Virus record (IMG/VR): IMGVR_UViG_3300008954_003554
Coordinates: 19,334 to 83,333 of that record
Direction: 5' to 3' (one strand)
DNA from: a virus
Length of the DNA: 64,000 nucleotides
A model generated the notes under the pieces. That model was not told where the DNA came from. It ran no database searches and saw only the letters and a list, made by a program, of their open reading frames with translations. A program made the position numbers and the translations under genes. This document shows, piece by piece, positions 1 through 9,903 of this stretch (positions are counted from its first letter, which is position 1; each line of letters opens with the position of its first letter).

Positions 1-17
1 TTTATAACTTCCCATAT

Positions 18-959
18 TTGTGGGATCTTAGAGTTAGAAGACAAAACCCAGAACTTCAACCGGGAGATTATTACAAGTTCGGACAAGCCGAGGATGAGGG
101 AAGACTGGAGATGATGCAGCAAGCTCTCAGAGATCTGGGTGCCAGCGGTGACACTAAAGGTGTATACAACAATACATCTTCAAGCCAATATATACAGGTG
201 TTTGACGATTGGGAAGCTTTGACTGGAGGTGATCTCGATAATCATCGAAACAATCGACAAGCAGCCTATCGACTTCTTTATGATAGGATTCACGATACCT
301 ATGCTAACGGACACGGAGACGGCAAAGCAATTGATGTACCCCTTTTTCGAGGTGCAAGAGACGTTCTAGATAAGGCAGAGCAAATTGCTGGCGTTAATCA
401 CAAGACGCACAAAGAAGCCGACCACTGGCACGTAACAATTTCTGAAAATGAGGATTTAAAAATGGAAAAAGAAAAAAGAAAAATGACACTCCTGGAAAGA
501 AACATTCAGGCATTTCTTGTGGAGTCAGACCCAGATACGGATGCTGATGATTCCGATGAGCTTAGAGATATTGCAGATGACCTTGAAGGATCTAAAAGTT
601 ACTCTATGTCTGCACAGTTGCAAGACGTTATGGGGCCCGATGAGCTTGAGGCATACGGGGCGAGTTACGATGAAGGAGGAGATCCTACAGATGATGACCC
701 GCGAAACGACCTGGCAGATAACCTTAATAACGCTGTATACGCTGCAAAAGTTTCCAAAATGGATCTAAAGAATATAATTGATGTTCTTGCTGAAATTCTT
801 GTTACGTCACAGGGATATGATGAAGTTGCTGTTCTTGACGCATTTAGTAGTTATGTCAGAGCTGCAGACGAGGGTGCCCACAGGTGGATGATGAGGGAAA
901 GAAGACTATTTGAAGCTTCACGAGGAAGATGGCAGAAACTTTCTGGTCTCACAGAGTAG
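18..959 (+). CDS. hypothetical acidic phage protein, probably 5'-truncated by the window edge
   Basis: Frame is open back to the window start; acidic C-terminal half ending RWQKLSGLTE. Confidence 0.7.
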   Translation: MWDLRVRRQNPELQPGDYYKFGQAEDEGRLEMMQQALRDLGASGDTKGVYNNTSSSQYIQVFDDWEALTGGDLDNHRNNRQAAYRLLYDRIHDTYANGHGDGKAIDVPLFRGARDVLDKAEQIAGVNHKTHKEADHWHVTISENEDLKMEKEKRKMTLLERNIQAFLVESDPDTDADDSDELRDIADDLEGSKSYSMSAQLQDVMGPDELEAYGASYDEGGDPTDDDPRNDLADNLNNAVYAAKVSKMDLKNIIDVLAEILVTSQGYDEVAVLDAFSSYVRAADEGAHRWMMRERRLFEASRGRWQKLSGLTE

Positions 960-970
960 GGAGAGAGTTT

Positions 971-1390
971 ATGAAAATTTCCGAGAAAAATCTTAGAAAG
1001 CTGGTTTTATTGGAAATCCTAAAAGAACAGTATCAGCCCCGGGACGACGACCCCGAAGAAAGCCCTGAAAGCCCTGAAGGATCAGAAGAAAATGAATCCT
1101 ACCAGGTTAATAAAAGAGTTGAGAAGGCAATAAAAAAAGCTTCTACTTCCACCTTTAGGAATAGAAAATTTCGATCTCTTCTTAATAAGTTGCAGACCGT
1201 TACGGTTCCTCTTTACGGCAACAAGACGATAGATTTTAAGCTAGACCCGAAGCAGCCGACCAGCCTTCATTTTACTATTAAGAATATTGTAACAAGCCCA
1301 AAACTCCAAAATATCAACCTAACAGGAAAGGTAGATGATCTGATGAAACGTGATCCCAAGGTTTCATTGAGAATCTCTGGACGATTTTAG
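971..1390 (+). CDS. tag-family protein (MKISEKNLRKLV...LKEQYQPR)
   Basis: ATG 971 after GGGAGAGAG; N-terminal tag plus EQYQPR motif. Confidence 0.8.
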   Translation: MKISEKNLRKLVLLEILKEQYQPRDDDPEESPESPEGSEENESYQVNKRVEKAIKKASTSTFRNRKFRSLLNKLQTVTVPLYGNKTIDFKLDPKQPTSLHFTIKNIVTSPKLQNINLTGKVDDLMKRDPKVSLRISGRF

Positions 1391-1407
1391 CACAAGGAAA
1401 ATTTACT

Positions 1408-1986
1408 ATGAAAGTCACACGCAAACAATTAAGAAATCTTGTCAGGAAGACCCTCAAGTCTGATCTGAGAGAGCAGTATGAACCCAGAGAGCCTAGTCTT
1501 CCGAATCCGGAAGATCATGACTTTACAGGTCCGATCGGAGATGGAAATATTCTCAGGAAGTGGATCTGCATGAGCGGAATCCCTGGGGGTGAGGGAGAGG
1601 AACAATGGGGGTGGATGCGAATTCAACCTAACAAGAAAATTAAATTTGGAAATTGGGGTGATCAAAGTGTAGTCTCGATTTCCCAACTCGAGATAGAATC
1701 TAGGGTTGATAAGTCTTTTAACGAGGATGAGATTAGGGTTTATGGATTTAAGAGGGGTCGGAACGGTAAGCTCTACGTTTCTGGAGAAGTCAACATGGGT
1801 CGACTTCTTGGAGGCTGGCAGGGTGTAGAGCCCGGAACCTGGAAAAGGGTTGATGCTCCCGATGCGAATTCTGTGATTAGAAGCATACTCACCCAATTAT
1901 ACCGACATGAGGAAGCTTCTGTTGAACTCGAAAGACACGATGTTCCTGTGGTAGGGGATGTCACAATAACACTTTCTGTGGCATAA
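1408..1986 (+). CDS. tag-family protein (MKVTRKQLRNLV...LREQYEPR)
   Basis: AAGGA RBS; tag motif. Confidence 0.8.
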   Translation: MKVTRKQLRNLVRKTLKSDLREQYEPREPSLPNPEDHDFTGPIGDGNILRKWICMSGIPGGEGEEQWGWMRIQPNKKIKFGNWGDQSVVSISQLEIESRVDKSFNEDEIRVYGFKRGRNGKLYVSGEVNMGRLLGGWQGVEPGTWKRVDAPDANSVIRSILTQLYRHEEASVELERHDVPVVGDVTITLSVA

Positions 1987-2063
1987 TTTAAAAGAGTCTT
2001 CTGATAATAAATGAGCAGCATAATATTTAATAAATGATCAGTGAATTAGGGAGCTTTTGATTG

Positions 2064-2384
2064 ATGAAAATATCAAAAAAATATCTTAGAAGACTCATCA
2101 AGGAAGAGCTCACACACCTATCAGAGGGAGTCGTACGTCTTAGATTTCTCCACAAACAGAAGATTGATGACTATGTGTGGCGGGCAACCTCCGATAGCGG
2201 CGGCGGTGGCCAGCATGAAATCACAACACCTGATGGTGAAGAATGGGTGAAGGAGGACAGTGAGCTCGTAAAGGTTCACCGCAGCGGTGATTATAATCCA
2301 GCGGATGACATAGATGAGATCCACGCTGCCATGAAGAGTCACCGTGACACAGGCGAGTTTCCTGAGGGATGGACTAAACGATGA
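2064..2384 (+). CDS. tag-family protein (MKISKKYLRRLIKEE)
   Basis: AGGGAG RBS; tag motif; ATATTTAAT at 2023. Confidence 0.8.
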   Translation: MKISKKYLRRLIKEELTHLSEGVVRLRFLHKQKIDDYVWRATSDSGGGGQHEITTPDGEEWVKEDSELVKVHRSGDYNPADDIDEIHAAMKSHRDTGEFPEGWTKR

Positions 2385-2746
2385 AGATAACACGTAGACA
2401 ATTAAGAAGAATCATACTTGAGGAGAAGCAGAGGTTGATGCTTGAGTCTAGCGCTGGTGAGAAAAGACAGTCAGAGATGCGCCAGTTTGCAGAGAGCAGA
2501 GGCGGAGCTAGAGTCAGGAGTGAGGGCAACAAGATTAAAGCATCTTCCGAGGCGATTCAGCGACTGGCAACAGAGCAGACCGGTCTCATGAGGGACACAC
2601 TCTATAGGATGTCTGAGTTTGTTAGGAAGGTCGGTGAGTCATATGGAAGCATCGGCTTGCTAGATGAGGGTGGTTCGGTCGGAGACACCCTGCCATCGAT
2701 CAAAGAGCTGAAAGCCTTAGCGAAGTCAATGAAAAAACTTGAATAG
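2381..2746 (+). CDS. tag-family protein (MKITRRQLRRIILEE)
   Basis: ATGA overlap with upstream gene; tag motif. Confidence 0.8.
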   Translation: MKITRRQLRRIILEEKQRLMLESSAGEKRQSEMRQFAESRGGARVRSEGNKIKASSEAIQRLATEQTGLMRDTLYRMSEFVRKVGESYGSIGLLDEGGSVGDTLPSIKELKALAKSMKKLE

Positions 2747-2754
2747 GAAGCATC

Positions 2755-3369
2755 ATGAAAATAACACGCAGACAATTAAGACAGATTATTAAAGAAGAGA
2801 TGAATAGGTCACTTCTGAAAGAAGGCGAAAGCGCACGGATGGCAGCCCGTGCACTGAACCGCTCTCGGGTAGGTACAGCATACTGGCAAAGTAGTGGCCT
2901 AAACTATAGTGGAAATCCTGCCTTTAGAATGATGCCGCCTGCTCACATTGCTCTCGCAGTCGCTGCCGGGGTTGTGTCTGCTGCTGTAGCTACAGAGGTG
3001 ATGAGAGCTGCCGGGATGCTTCCGACCGCGTCAGGTGAAGCTCTAACAATATATGATATCGGAAAGATAGATCCTTTCTATAGCGCGCCTGACGTTAAAA
3101 AGAGTGCTGAATGGCAGATATGTCTCGCAGATGCTCGGACTCACGCAAGGAGTGTTGGGAAAGTTTGTGTCTGGGTGAAGGGAAACATCGGTGAAGAGAA
3201 GGTTTATGTCATACATCCTGATGGAAATCTAACAAGTGGGGACAGAGATCAGAACGTGATGACTGTGAGTGAGAATGGAAGATTTGCCCGTGACGGCAGG
3301 CTTTTCTATGAGAGAAGTTGTTCTATATGTGATGATGCAGCAGAGGTTAGAAGCAGATGTCATCGATGA
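2755..3369 (+). CDS. tag-family protein with a hydrophobic Ala-rich segment
   Basis: MKITRRQLRQIIKEE; IALAVAAGVVSAAVA segment. Confidence 0.8.
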   Translation: MKITRRQLRQIIKEEMNRSLLKEGESARMAARALNRSRVGTAYWQSSGLNYSGNPAFRMMPPAHIALAVAAGVVSAAVATEVMRAAGMLPTASGEALTIYDIGKIDPFYSAPDVKKSAEWQICLADARTHARSVGKVCVWVKGNIGEEKVYVIHPDGNLTSGDRDQNVMTVSENGRFARDGRLFYERSCSICDDAAEVRSRCHR

Positions 3370-3593
3370 AAATCACCCGCAGACAACTAAGACAGATAAT
3401 CAGGGAGCAAGCGGGGGAGCAATCTAAGATTGAACAAGAGCTTGAGAGGCGAAAATCTGATCAAGTACTCACTTCAGTGTCTGATCTTATGGATCAGTTC
3501 ATTAGGGCTCAGAATGCTCCGGCGCTACTTGGGGTTTTAGAAAGATTGCAGAGCCTGATTGGCCATTATTCTGAAGCGGAGATACTACAATGA
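3366..3593 (+). CDS. small tag-family protein
   Basis: MKITRRQLRQIIREQ; ATGA overlap. Confidence 0.75.
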   Translation: MKITRRQLRQIIREQAGEQSKIEQELERRKSDQVLTSVSDLMDQFIRAQNAPALLGVLERLQSLIGHYSEAEILQ

Positions 3594-3796
3594 AGATCAC
3601 GCGAGAACAACTAAGGCGAATGATTTTAGAAAGCTGGGGTGAGGCATCCAGACCCGCAACACCCGAGGAGGCTGAATATTTTGAAAGGTTGCAGAATATT
3701 CAAAGATCAAGACAGCCTGGCCAAACTGTGGAACAAAGAATGGAAAAGCTTGAAGCGAAGGTTGATGCTATCCTAGATATGATAGGAGAGCTATAG
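3590..3796 (+). CDS. small tag-family protein with a C-terminal coiled coil
   Basis: MKITREQLRRMILE; ATGA overlap. Confidence 0.75.
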   Translation: MKITREQLRRMILESWGEASRPATPEEAEYFERLQNIQRSRQPGQTVEQRMEKLEAKVDAILDMIGEL

Positions 3797-3897
3797 TGAA
3801 AACAGATTTGGACAAAGCTCTGGAGAGTTTATCACCAGAAGAGCTAGCAGAGTATGAAGAGATCATAGAGCTCTGGATCACATACGGAGGGGATTAG

Positions 3898-4962
3898 ATG
3901 AAAATTACAAGAAGACAACTGAGAAGGCTAGTTGAGGTTGAGGTCAAGCTGACGGATGAGGAGATGAACGCTGCAAGAGACGAGTTAATGCAGAAAGGTG
4001 GAACTTCAGACCCAGGAGACTTTGTTCAAGCTGTCAGGATGGCATCAGCTGATGATACTGACGAAGATCTTTCAGATGAAGAGCTTTTGAAAATAGTCAC
4101 AGATCAAGTTGATGATATCGCTGTTCATCCAATGGGAGACATCATTGACACCGAAAAACTTAATGAGGGATCTTGGGTGGGTTCTCGGAGAAAACTACTC
4201 CAGATTATTCAAGAAGAGCATGCTCGAATTGTGGAAGGCGACGTCGTCGGAATGTTCCCTCCGGGACAGACAGCGATTCTGCAAATTGCAAGGGCACTAG
4301 CTTCCCGTGCTGAGGAGATGCTTGATCTCGACGGCGCTGGTGATGATATTGAGGTTCGTGTCGAACCAAACCTCTTTCTTACTCCTTACATAGATTTTGA
4401 CGGACATGGCCAAGAGGTTCCCTCTCTTGCAAATCACGTCTATACCAACTATGTATCAGGAAAAGCCGGAGACCAGGCAGACTCGCTTGATGATATTCTT
4501 ACGAGAATTAGTATTGACTATTTTGATGAACCCATTGAATACGCACTGGAGGCATTAGGTGATGACAGGTTCACAATGCCTGACACATATCACCAGGGTG
4601 ATAAGTCGCAGATGATGAAGACAAAGGAGCTAGCATCTCAACAGGATCCCGAAGAGGTTGAGAAGATGGGCATGGACTTTGAGAGATTCTTGCAAGGTAT
4701 TGATCCAGAGGACCTGAGTGAGCAGCATCAGCCTCGCAACAACAAGCTGAATCAAGTAAATATACTTTTAGATGATGCTCTCAAACTTGTCGGAACGAAC
4801 AACAAAGAAGCTTCCAGGAAGGTCCGGTCTGCTTCTAAAATTATGGACGGCGAGGCGGACGAGGGTGCTGTTGAGCAAGTTTCTCGTCTCGGTGACAAGC
4901 AAACAATAGTTGATATGAAGAGAATGGTAAACTCTAAGGGGTTTTCGTTTGCGCCAGACTAA
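3898..4962 (+). CDS. tag-family protein with an internal second tag and internal EQHQPR
   Basis: MKITRRQLRRLV; internal SRRKLLQIIQEE and LSEQHQPR. Confidence 0.8.
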   Translation: MKITRRQLRRLVEVEVKLTDEEMNAARDELMQKGGTSDPGDFVQAVRMASADDTDEDLSDEELLKIVTDQVDDIAVHPMGDIIDTEKLNEGSWVGSRRKLLQIIQEEHARIVEGDVVGMFPPGQTAILQIARALASRAEEMLDLDGAGDDIEVRVEPNLFLTPYIDFDGHGQEVPSLANHVYTNYVSGKAGDQADSLDDILTRISIDYFDEPIEYALEALGDDRFTMPDTYHQGDKSQMMKTKELASQQDPEEVEKMGMDFERFLQGIDPEDLSEQHQPRNNKLNQVNILLDDALKLVGTNNKEASRKVRSASKIMDGEADEGAVEQVSRLGDKQTIVDMKRMVNSKGFSFAPD

Positions 4963-4993
4963 GAAGCTTTTCTGAAATTAAGTAAGAATTATT

Positions 4994-5022
4994 ATGAACT
5001 CAATCGGGAGATGTGTTATAAT
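4994..5022 (+). promoter_or_regulatory. sigma70-like promoter, probably giving a leaderless mRNA
   Basis: ATGAAC-N17-TATAAT with extended TG; ATG 5 nt downstream. Confidence 0.45.
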
Positions 5023-5027
5023 AATTC

Positions 5028-6188
5028 ATGGATTTATTTACAGTTGCTGGCCACGGAACTAATACTCAGATTATTGAAAGACGACTGACTACATGTCAAT
5101 ATAGGCCCGAAGCTGTCTTCATGTCACCGGGAGTTCAATACGATTTTTGGGCTAAGTTCGATCCTAAAATTGAACCAGTTGTAGATTCTCCAGAGGGAAA
5201 GTTGATTCATGTACCGACATTTATAAATCCCGGACAGCACCACGTGAATTCTGTTTTTGACCTGAGTGATACACTTTCGCTTAGAGGTTTTAGCAAAGAT
5301 TTGCATCTTAGGGGTCTTAATTTTGGTCGAAATGGTAGACATTTTCATGCTATCCTATCATGTGCTGCGCTTAGAGAGTCTACAGGAGACTTGGTCAGGT
5401 GGTCAGTGGGAAGAAAAAATATTTTAGACGTGGGAAATGCAGGAGAAACATGGCTTTATCAGGCACTTAAACTTTCTGGACCTATGTTTGTGGAGAATTT
5501 AAACTATTACACCCTTGATATCTGTGATGATGTAAAGTTAGCAAGAAACAGTACATCCCTAGAAGTTCCCGCTGATAGATGGCATCATTTCGCTCACGAT
5601 GCTAGAAAGGTTGACGGGATAGACAAAAGACTTCTACCCGAAGAGGGGTTTGATGTCATTCACATTGCACAGGCTTCATGTGAACTTTTCACGGGTACTG
5701 ACTATATTCAAACACTTGAAAAACTTTATAACTTACTTGCCCCCGGTGGCACAATAATATTTCCTGCTAAAAAATTAGAACTAGATACTTCGTGTGACCC
5801 CGAGAAGAGCAATGAAACATTATATAAAATGGGTGAAGGAGAGTTTAGAATTGGAGGAAATATTTCAGTTTTAACAGCTGAAACTGAAGACCTGATTGCT
5901 GAAAGAGGAACCATTAGTACTCGGGACTGGATTGCTTATAAGTTTTGGGTGCAATCCAACATACAATATTTCTATCAAAGCAACCGATCAGGAATTGATC
6001 TGTTTACGTATTGTAAAAGATATTTTGATGCAAGGGAGCCGCTGAGAATAGACTCGCTCTCGTTTTTCAATAACGTTAGAATTAGATCAGTTTCTATTCA
6101 GACTTCCGACGTTCTGCTGACTCAAAATTATATTCCAACACTCACGAGTCGTGCCACTCTTACGGCGACAAAACCTTTCGATAAATAG
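5028..6188 (+). CDS. putative class I SAM-dependent methyltransferase
   Basis: ILDVGNAG motif I-like; FDVI; LYNLLAPGGTIIF motif. Confidence 0.55.
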   Translation: MDLFTVAGHGTNTQIIERRLTTCQYRPEAVFMSPGVQYDFWAKFDPKIEPVVDSPEGKLIHVPTFINPGQHHVNSVFDLSDTLSLRGFSKDLHLRGLNFGRNGRHFHAILSCAALRESTGDLVRWSVGRKNILDVGNAGETWLYQALKLSGPMFVENLNYYTLDICDDVKLARNSTSLEVPADRWHHFAHDARKVDGIDKRLLPEEGFDVIHIAQASCELFTGTDYIQTLEKLYNLLAPGGTIIFPAKKLELDTSCDPEKSNETLYKMGEGEFRIGGNISVLTAETEDLIAERGTISTRDWIAYKFWVQSNIQYFYQSNRSGIDLFTYCKRYFDAREPLRIDSLSFFNNVRIRSVSIQTSDVLLTQNYIPTLTSRATLTATKPFDK

Positions 6189-6213
6189 AAGATCCGACAT
6201 GCCTATTTAATAT

Positions 6214-6603
6214 GTGGCACGAAAAAGGCGACAACGTAGGCGTAAGAGGGAGCTGTGGAGCAAGAAGTCAGACTACACATGTCTTGACGGATCGATAGTC
6301 TCAATGGATAGTACCTGGGAAGTTGCCTGTGCCAACCGTCTGGATGAACTTGGAATCCGATGGATAAGAAACCCATCTCTTAAGTTGAAGTACACCACGC
6401 GGGGCAGGAGACTCCGGAATTATATCCCAGACTTCTACCTGCCGGACCATGATGTCTACATCGAAGTCAAAGGGTATTGGACGGATTCGGCAAGACATAA
6501 GATGATGAGTGTGCAAGCACTGAATCCGGTAAAAATTATAATTCTCGAGAGCCTCGAAGAGATAGGAAGATTTGCCCCTGACCATCACGAAGATAAAGAA
6601 TAA
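6214..6603 (+). CDS. PD-(D/E)XK endonuclease (TnsA N-terminal / T7 endonuclease I-like)
   Basis: S-x-W-E and YIPDFYLPDHDVYIEVKG catalytic motif. Confidence 0.75.
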   Translation: MARKRRQRRRKRELWSKKSDYTCLDGSIVSMDSTWEVACANRLDELGIRWIRNPSLKLKYTTRGRRLRNYIPDFYLPDHDVYIEVKGYWTDSARHKMMSVQALNPVKIIILESLEEIGRFAPDHHEDKE

Positions 6604-6647
6604 AACACATCATTTCATAATAGTTATAATATGGACCGGAGCCGCCA

Positions 6648-6926
6648 ATGAAAATAACACGCAGACAGCTAAGACAGATTATTAAAGAAGAAACTAGAAA
6701 ACTATCAGAAGGGTGGGGTATAGATACTGGGATAGCGATTCCGAAACACGGCGTGACAATCGGTGATGTCCAGGACGAGGCTATGAGGCTTGATCAAGAC
6801 CTTTATTTCATTAACGACCGTGGAAAAACATATAAGGTGATGTCAGATGGTAATCTCCAAGGTCTGCCCGGAGATGAGCTTCCATCAGGTGTTGATGATA
6901 GATTAGTATATACAAGGAGATCATAA
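6648..6926 (+). CDS. tag-family protein
   Basis: MKITRRQLRQIIKEE...LSEG; ATAGTTATA at 6620. Confidence 0.8.
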   Translation: MKITRRQLRQIIKEETRKLSEGWGIDTGIAIPKHGVTIGDVQDEAMRLDQDLYFINDRGKTYKVMSDGNLQGLPGDELPSGVDDRLVYTRRS

Positions 6927-7537
6927 TGAAAATCACGCGCAGACAGCTAAGGCAGATCATTAAGGAAGCTGGCGGGTATCGTGATTATTCTGATGATGAA
7001 GTTGAATATACCTCGCGTGCCGGAACATTATATGACGAGCTCCCTGGCTTAGGCCCGAGAGACGATCATCTTGAAAACATAAGTTCGCAAGACATGGCTG
7101 ACGCAAAAAGACATGCGGGTGATGACCCAAAGGCACAAGCAGATTATCTCGACATCAGTGTTGAAGATTGGAATCGAATTCGCCAAGAGACAGATGATTG
7201 GTACGAAGAGAGACACATTCTTGATCAGATGGAGATGGTTGATGACAAATTTATTGACTGGTCCAGAGACTTAGCAAAAGCTTTGAAGTATAGAAGCGTT
7301 GAAGATATGCCTGCCGATATGACAAGTGATTCTTACGGAGGACCCTATGATGCTTGGGACAGAGGTGTAAGTCCTGCAGACTATGCAGCGAGTGCTTATT
7401 CTCCAGGGCTAGATAAGACTTCTTCGGGCGGGAGGCACCCGCTCGACGTCGACGGAGACGGAAAGCTGACAATATCTGAAATGAAGATCACGCGTAGACA
7501 GCTAAGAAGAATCATAAGAGAGGCTGCTGAGATATAA
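6926..7537 (+). CDS. tag-family protein with the tag at both termini and an EF-hand-like loop
   Basis: N-terminal MKITRRQLRQII; C-terminal MKITRRQLRRIIREAAEI; DVDGDGKLTISE. Confidence 0.8.
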   Translation: MKITRRQLRQIIKEAGGYRDYSDDEVEYTSRAGTLYDELPGLGPRDDHLENISSQDMADAKRHAGDDPKAQADYLDISVEDWNRIRQETDDWYEERHILDQMEMVDDKFIDWSRDLAKALKYRSVEDMPADMTSDSYGGPYDAWDRGVSPADYAASAYSPGLDKTSSGGRHPLDVDGDGKLTISEMKITRRQLRRIIREAAEI

Positions 7538-7563
7538 ATCGAGCGCCCGGGCACGAGACACGC

Positions 7564-7592
7564 GTGTAGTCAAGAGCAGACTGTGGTACAAT
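7564..7592 (+). promoter_or_regulatory. early-type promoter
   Basis: GTGTAG-N17-TACAAT, TG extension, AAGGAGG RBS downstream. Confidence 0.75.
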
Positions 7593-7618
7593 AGAAACAT
7601 CCAAGGAGGATGTAAACT

Positions 7619-7906
7619 ATGTCACTATCAGTTAATCAACAAATGCAAAATGCTAAGCTGCTCACTCTTGGCGAGCTGCTGGAACTCAATCAATTTATCG
7701 TGGAGCAAATTAAGCAAGGGAGAGCAGAACAGGCACGCCAAATGAAACGAATGCTTTCTGTCGGAAGCAAGGTCTCGTTCGAAAACAATGACAGTAAGGT
7801 CGTTCAAGGTGAGGTCATCAAGATCATGAGGAAGTTCGCCCGGGTTAAGATCGGATCGGATACATGGCGAGTCCCGCTCAATCTTCTGACACTGGAGATG
7901 TCGTAA
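7619..7906 (+). CDS. hypothetical protein with a C-terminal SH3/KOW-like barrel
   Basis: SVGSKVSF...GEVIKIMRKFARV...WRVP; AAGGAGG RBS. Confidence 0.7.
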   Translation: MSLSVNQQMQNAKLLTLGELLELNQFIVEQIKQGRAEQARQMKRMLSVGSKVSFENNDSKVVQGEVIKIMRKFARVKIGSDTWRVPLNLLTLEMS

Positions 7907-8145
7907 TGAATCTAGTAACAGTACTCTTCGTAAACGGGATCGTAAGCTCGGTCAGCGGGCAGTCGGTAACAGTCCAGATGGATGCGAAACCCGAATGTGA
8001 TCCCGTCGTCCTGGTGATGCCACTCGCCTCCTTTCCGTGTGACATCGGTGAGGGATCTACTTTTCATCTCATGAAACTAGAAGAGGATTCTGAGACGATC
8101 GTTGTTTGTGGAAACTTCAACCAGTCAATCAAGGAAAGGAGGTAG
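7906..8145 (+). CDS. hypothetical protein
   Basis: TAATG stop/start overlap. Confidence 0.6.
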   Translation: MNLVTVLFVNGIVSSVSGQSVTVQMDAKPECDPVVLVMPLASFPCDIGEGSTFHLMKLEEDSETIVVCGNFNQSIKERR

Positions 8146-8147
8146 AC

Positions 8148-8300
8148 ATGGATGATATCGAATATCCATTTACTTTGAGTTATACCAAGCCTGATGGTGA
8201 GAAGATCAGTGTGGAAATCCACAATGACGGACAAGCCGAGGACGAGTATCACAATATGTGGTGGTTCTGCGGATATGACGTCAAATTTAGTGTGGACTGA
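8148..8300 (+). CDS. small acidic hypothetical protein
   Basis: AGGAGG RBS before ATG 8148. Confidence 0.55.
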   Translation: MDDIEYPFTLSYTKPDGEKISVEIHNDGQAEDEYHNMWWFCGYDVKFSVD

Positions 8301-8303
8301 TAG

Positions 8304-9125
8304 ATGAAAGTAGTATTATTTGATGCAATGAATCTGATACACAGGTCACGAAATGGTTTTCACAAAGGTGATCACCCACTAACATATCAGTTTTTTAGAT
8401 CATTCAAGCCCCTCCTAGAGAAGCTTCAGCCTGACCTGGCTTACTTTGTCTTAGAGGGCAGACCTAAGAGTCGAACTGAGGCATATACAGACTATAAGTC
8501 TAATCGGCCATCACTACCCGATTCGTTTTGGCGGCAGCAAGGAGAGATTCTAAGCATCATGCAAAATCTACCTGTCGTCCAGATCAGACATCCTGATCAT
8601 GAGTGTGATGATGTTATCGCCAATCTTGCGAAGCATCACACAGAGTCAGGGAATAGTGTTGTCATTGTGTCAGGTGATTCTGACTTCATTCAGGTGTTTG
8701 ACTCAATGGATCGTGAGCTCGTTGATATTTATCACCCAATTAAAAAGACGTTTGTCGAAAAACCTAACTACACCTATCTCGACTGGAAAGCACTCCGGGG
8801 AGATGTAAGTGACAACATTCCTGGAATCAAGGGGGTGGGAGATAAGACGGCGACTAAGCTCATCAATAATCCTGACCTGTTGAGTGAGACACTATCCAAT
8901 CCCGAGAAGCGTGAGATATTTGAAAGGAATAAGTCACTCATTGCTTTTCACTGGTTCGAAGATCTAAGTGATGACTTAAGAAATGAAGGTGCTGAGATCT
9001 TCTATCCTGTGCCCTCTATGAAAAATGTCATGGAATCGTTTGATCAGATGGGATTCAAGACCATGCTGACAGACAAGTACTGGCCGAAGTTTGAAGGTGC
9101 TTTTCACTCTCTGCTTACTGACTGA
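8304..9125 (+). CDS. 5'-3' exonuclease / flap endonuclease (PolI N-terminal, T4 RNase H-like)
   Basis: FDAMNLIHRS, YKSNR, ECDDVIA, SGDSDF and GDVSDNIPGIKGVGDKTA (helix-hairpin-helix) motifs. Confidence 0.92.
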   Translation: MKVVLFDAMNLIHRSRNGFHKGDHPLTYQFFRSFKPLLEKLQPDLAYFVLEGRPKSRTEAYTDYKSNRPSLPDSFWRQQGEILSIMQNLPVVQIRHPDHECDDVIANLAKHHTESGNSVVIVSGDSDFIQVFDSMDRELVDIYHPIKKTFVEKPNYTYLDWKALRGDVSDNIPGIKGVGDKTATKLINNPDLLSETLSNPEKREIFERNKSLIAFHWFEDLSDDLRNEGAEIFYPVPSMKNVMESFDQMGFKTMLTDKYWPKFEGAFHSLLTD

Positions 9126-9903
9126 TCCAGCACCCAGCATCTCGTGCGCTACTAATAATAAAATAATAGAGTAGCTTAATAGTTATATAGGAGCTGCAAG
9201 GGAGAGCACAAGACATGCGCATTACTCGTAAACAACTGAGAAGAATCGTACAAGAAGAGATCTTGAGAGAGCAACAGTACCAACCTAGACCACCCAGCCT
9301 CGGTCGCGCCGGAGATTCCCGACCCTTAGACCCCTCAGATGTGGAGGCAGGTGATGAGCTTCTTGACGTTCAGTTTAATATTCCAAACCGAGGGGGAAAT
9401 CCCAGGATGTTCACTGCCACTGCTAGCGGCGTCGATGCCCCGGGAGGTTTTGCCTATGTCTATGCAAAGCCAGTAAAGATACGCAGTGATCATCTCACTA
9501 AAAGCTACGACCCAGAAGAAGAGACCGGGGGACTTCGTCGGATAGTGCCAGCTGTAGGAGTGAGCGAGGACGATATTGAGATTGAAATAACTAGCTTTGA
9601 ATGTGTTGATCCCGCAGCAGGAACATACAGGATTAGCTGCGATTATGCATATGACGTCACTCTTGCCGGCCAAGATGCTGCGTCAGGTGATGGTACGACC
9701 ACCACCACATTGTCCTGGGCTGAGATGCAGGCTTTAGCCACAGCACTTAAGAGGGGTGAGCAGTTTGGAAAATATGAACCCCCTGCCCCGCACAATCAGC
9801 ATATAGGCATCAAGATATGCGTAACAGCTGGCACACCTAGATGGATATCCATCCGAGAGACCTGATCCAGGACCCAGCATCTCACCCGCTACTAATAATA
9901 AAA
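9122..9903 (+). repeat. 42-bp direct repeats (9122-9163, 9862-9903) flanking a tag-family gene
   Basis: CTGATCCAGsACCCAGCATCTCnnnCGCTACTAATAATAAAA, 38/42 identical. Confidence 0.85.
9215..9865 (+). CDS. tag-family protein (MRITRKQLRRIV...LREQQYQPR)
   Basis: Tag; ATAGTTATA at 9179; GGGAGA RBS. Confidence 0.8.
   Translation: MRITRKQLRRIVQEEILREQQYQPRPPSLGRAGDSRPLDPSDVEAGDELLDVQFNIPNRGGNPRMFTATASGVDAPGGFAYVYAKPVKIRSDHLTKSYDPEEETGGLRRIVPAVGVSEDDIEIEITSFECVDPAAGTYRISCDYAYDVTLAGQDAASGDGTTTTTLSWAEMQALATALKRGEQFGKYEPPAPHNQHIGIKICVTAGTPRWISIRET

Noticed and set aside
6214-6603. Tn7-like transposon based on the TnsA-like nuclease
   Set aside because: No TnsB/TnsC genes or terminal repeats; stand-alone nucleases of this type are common in phages.
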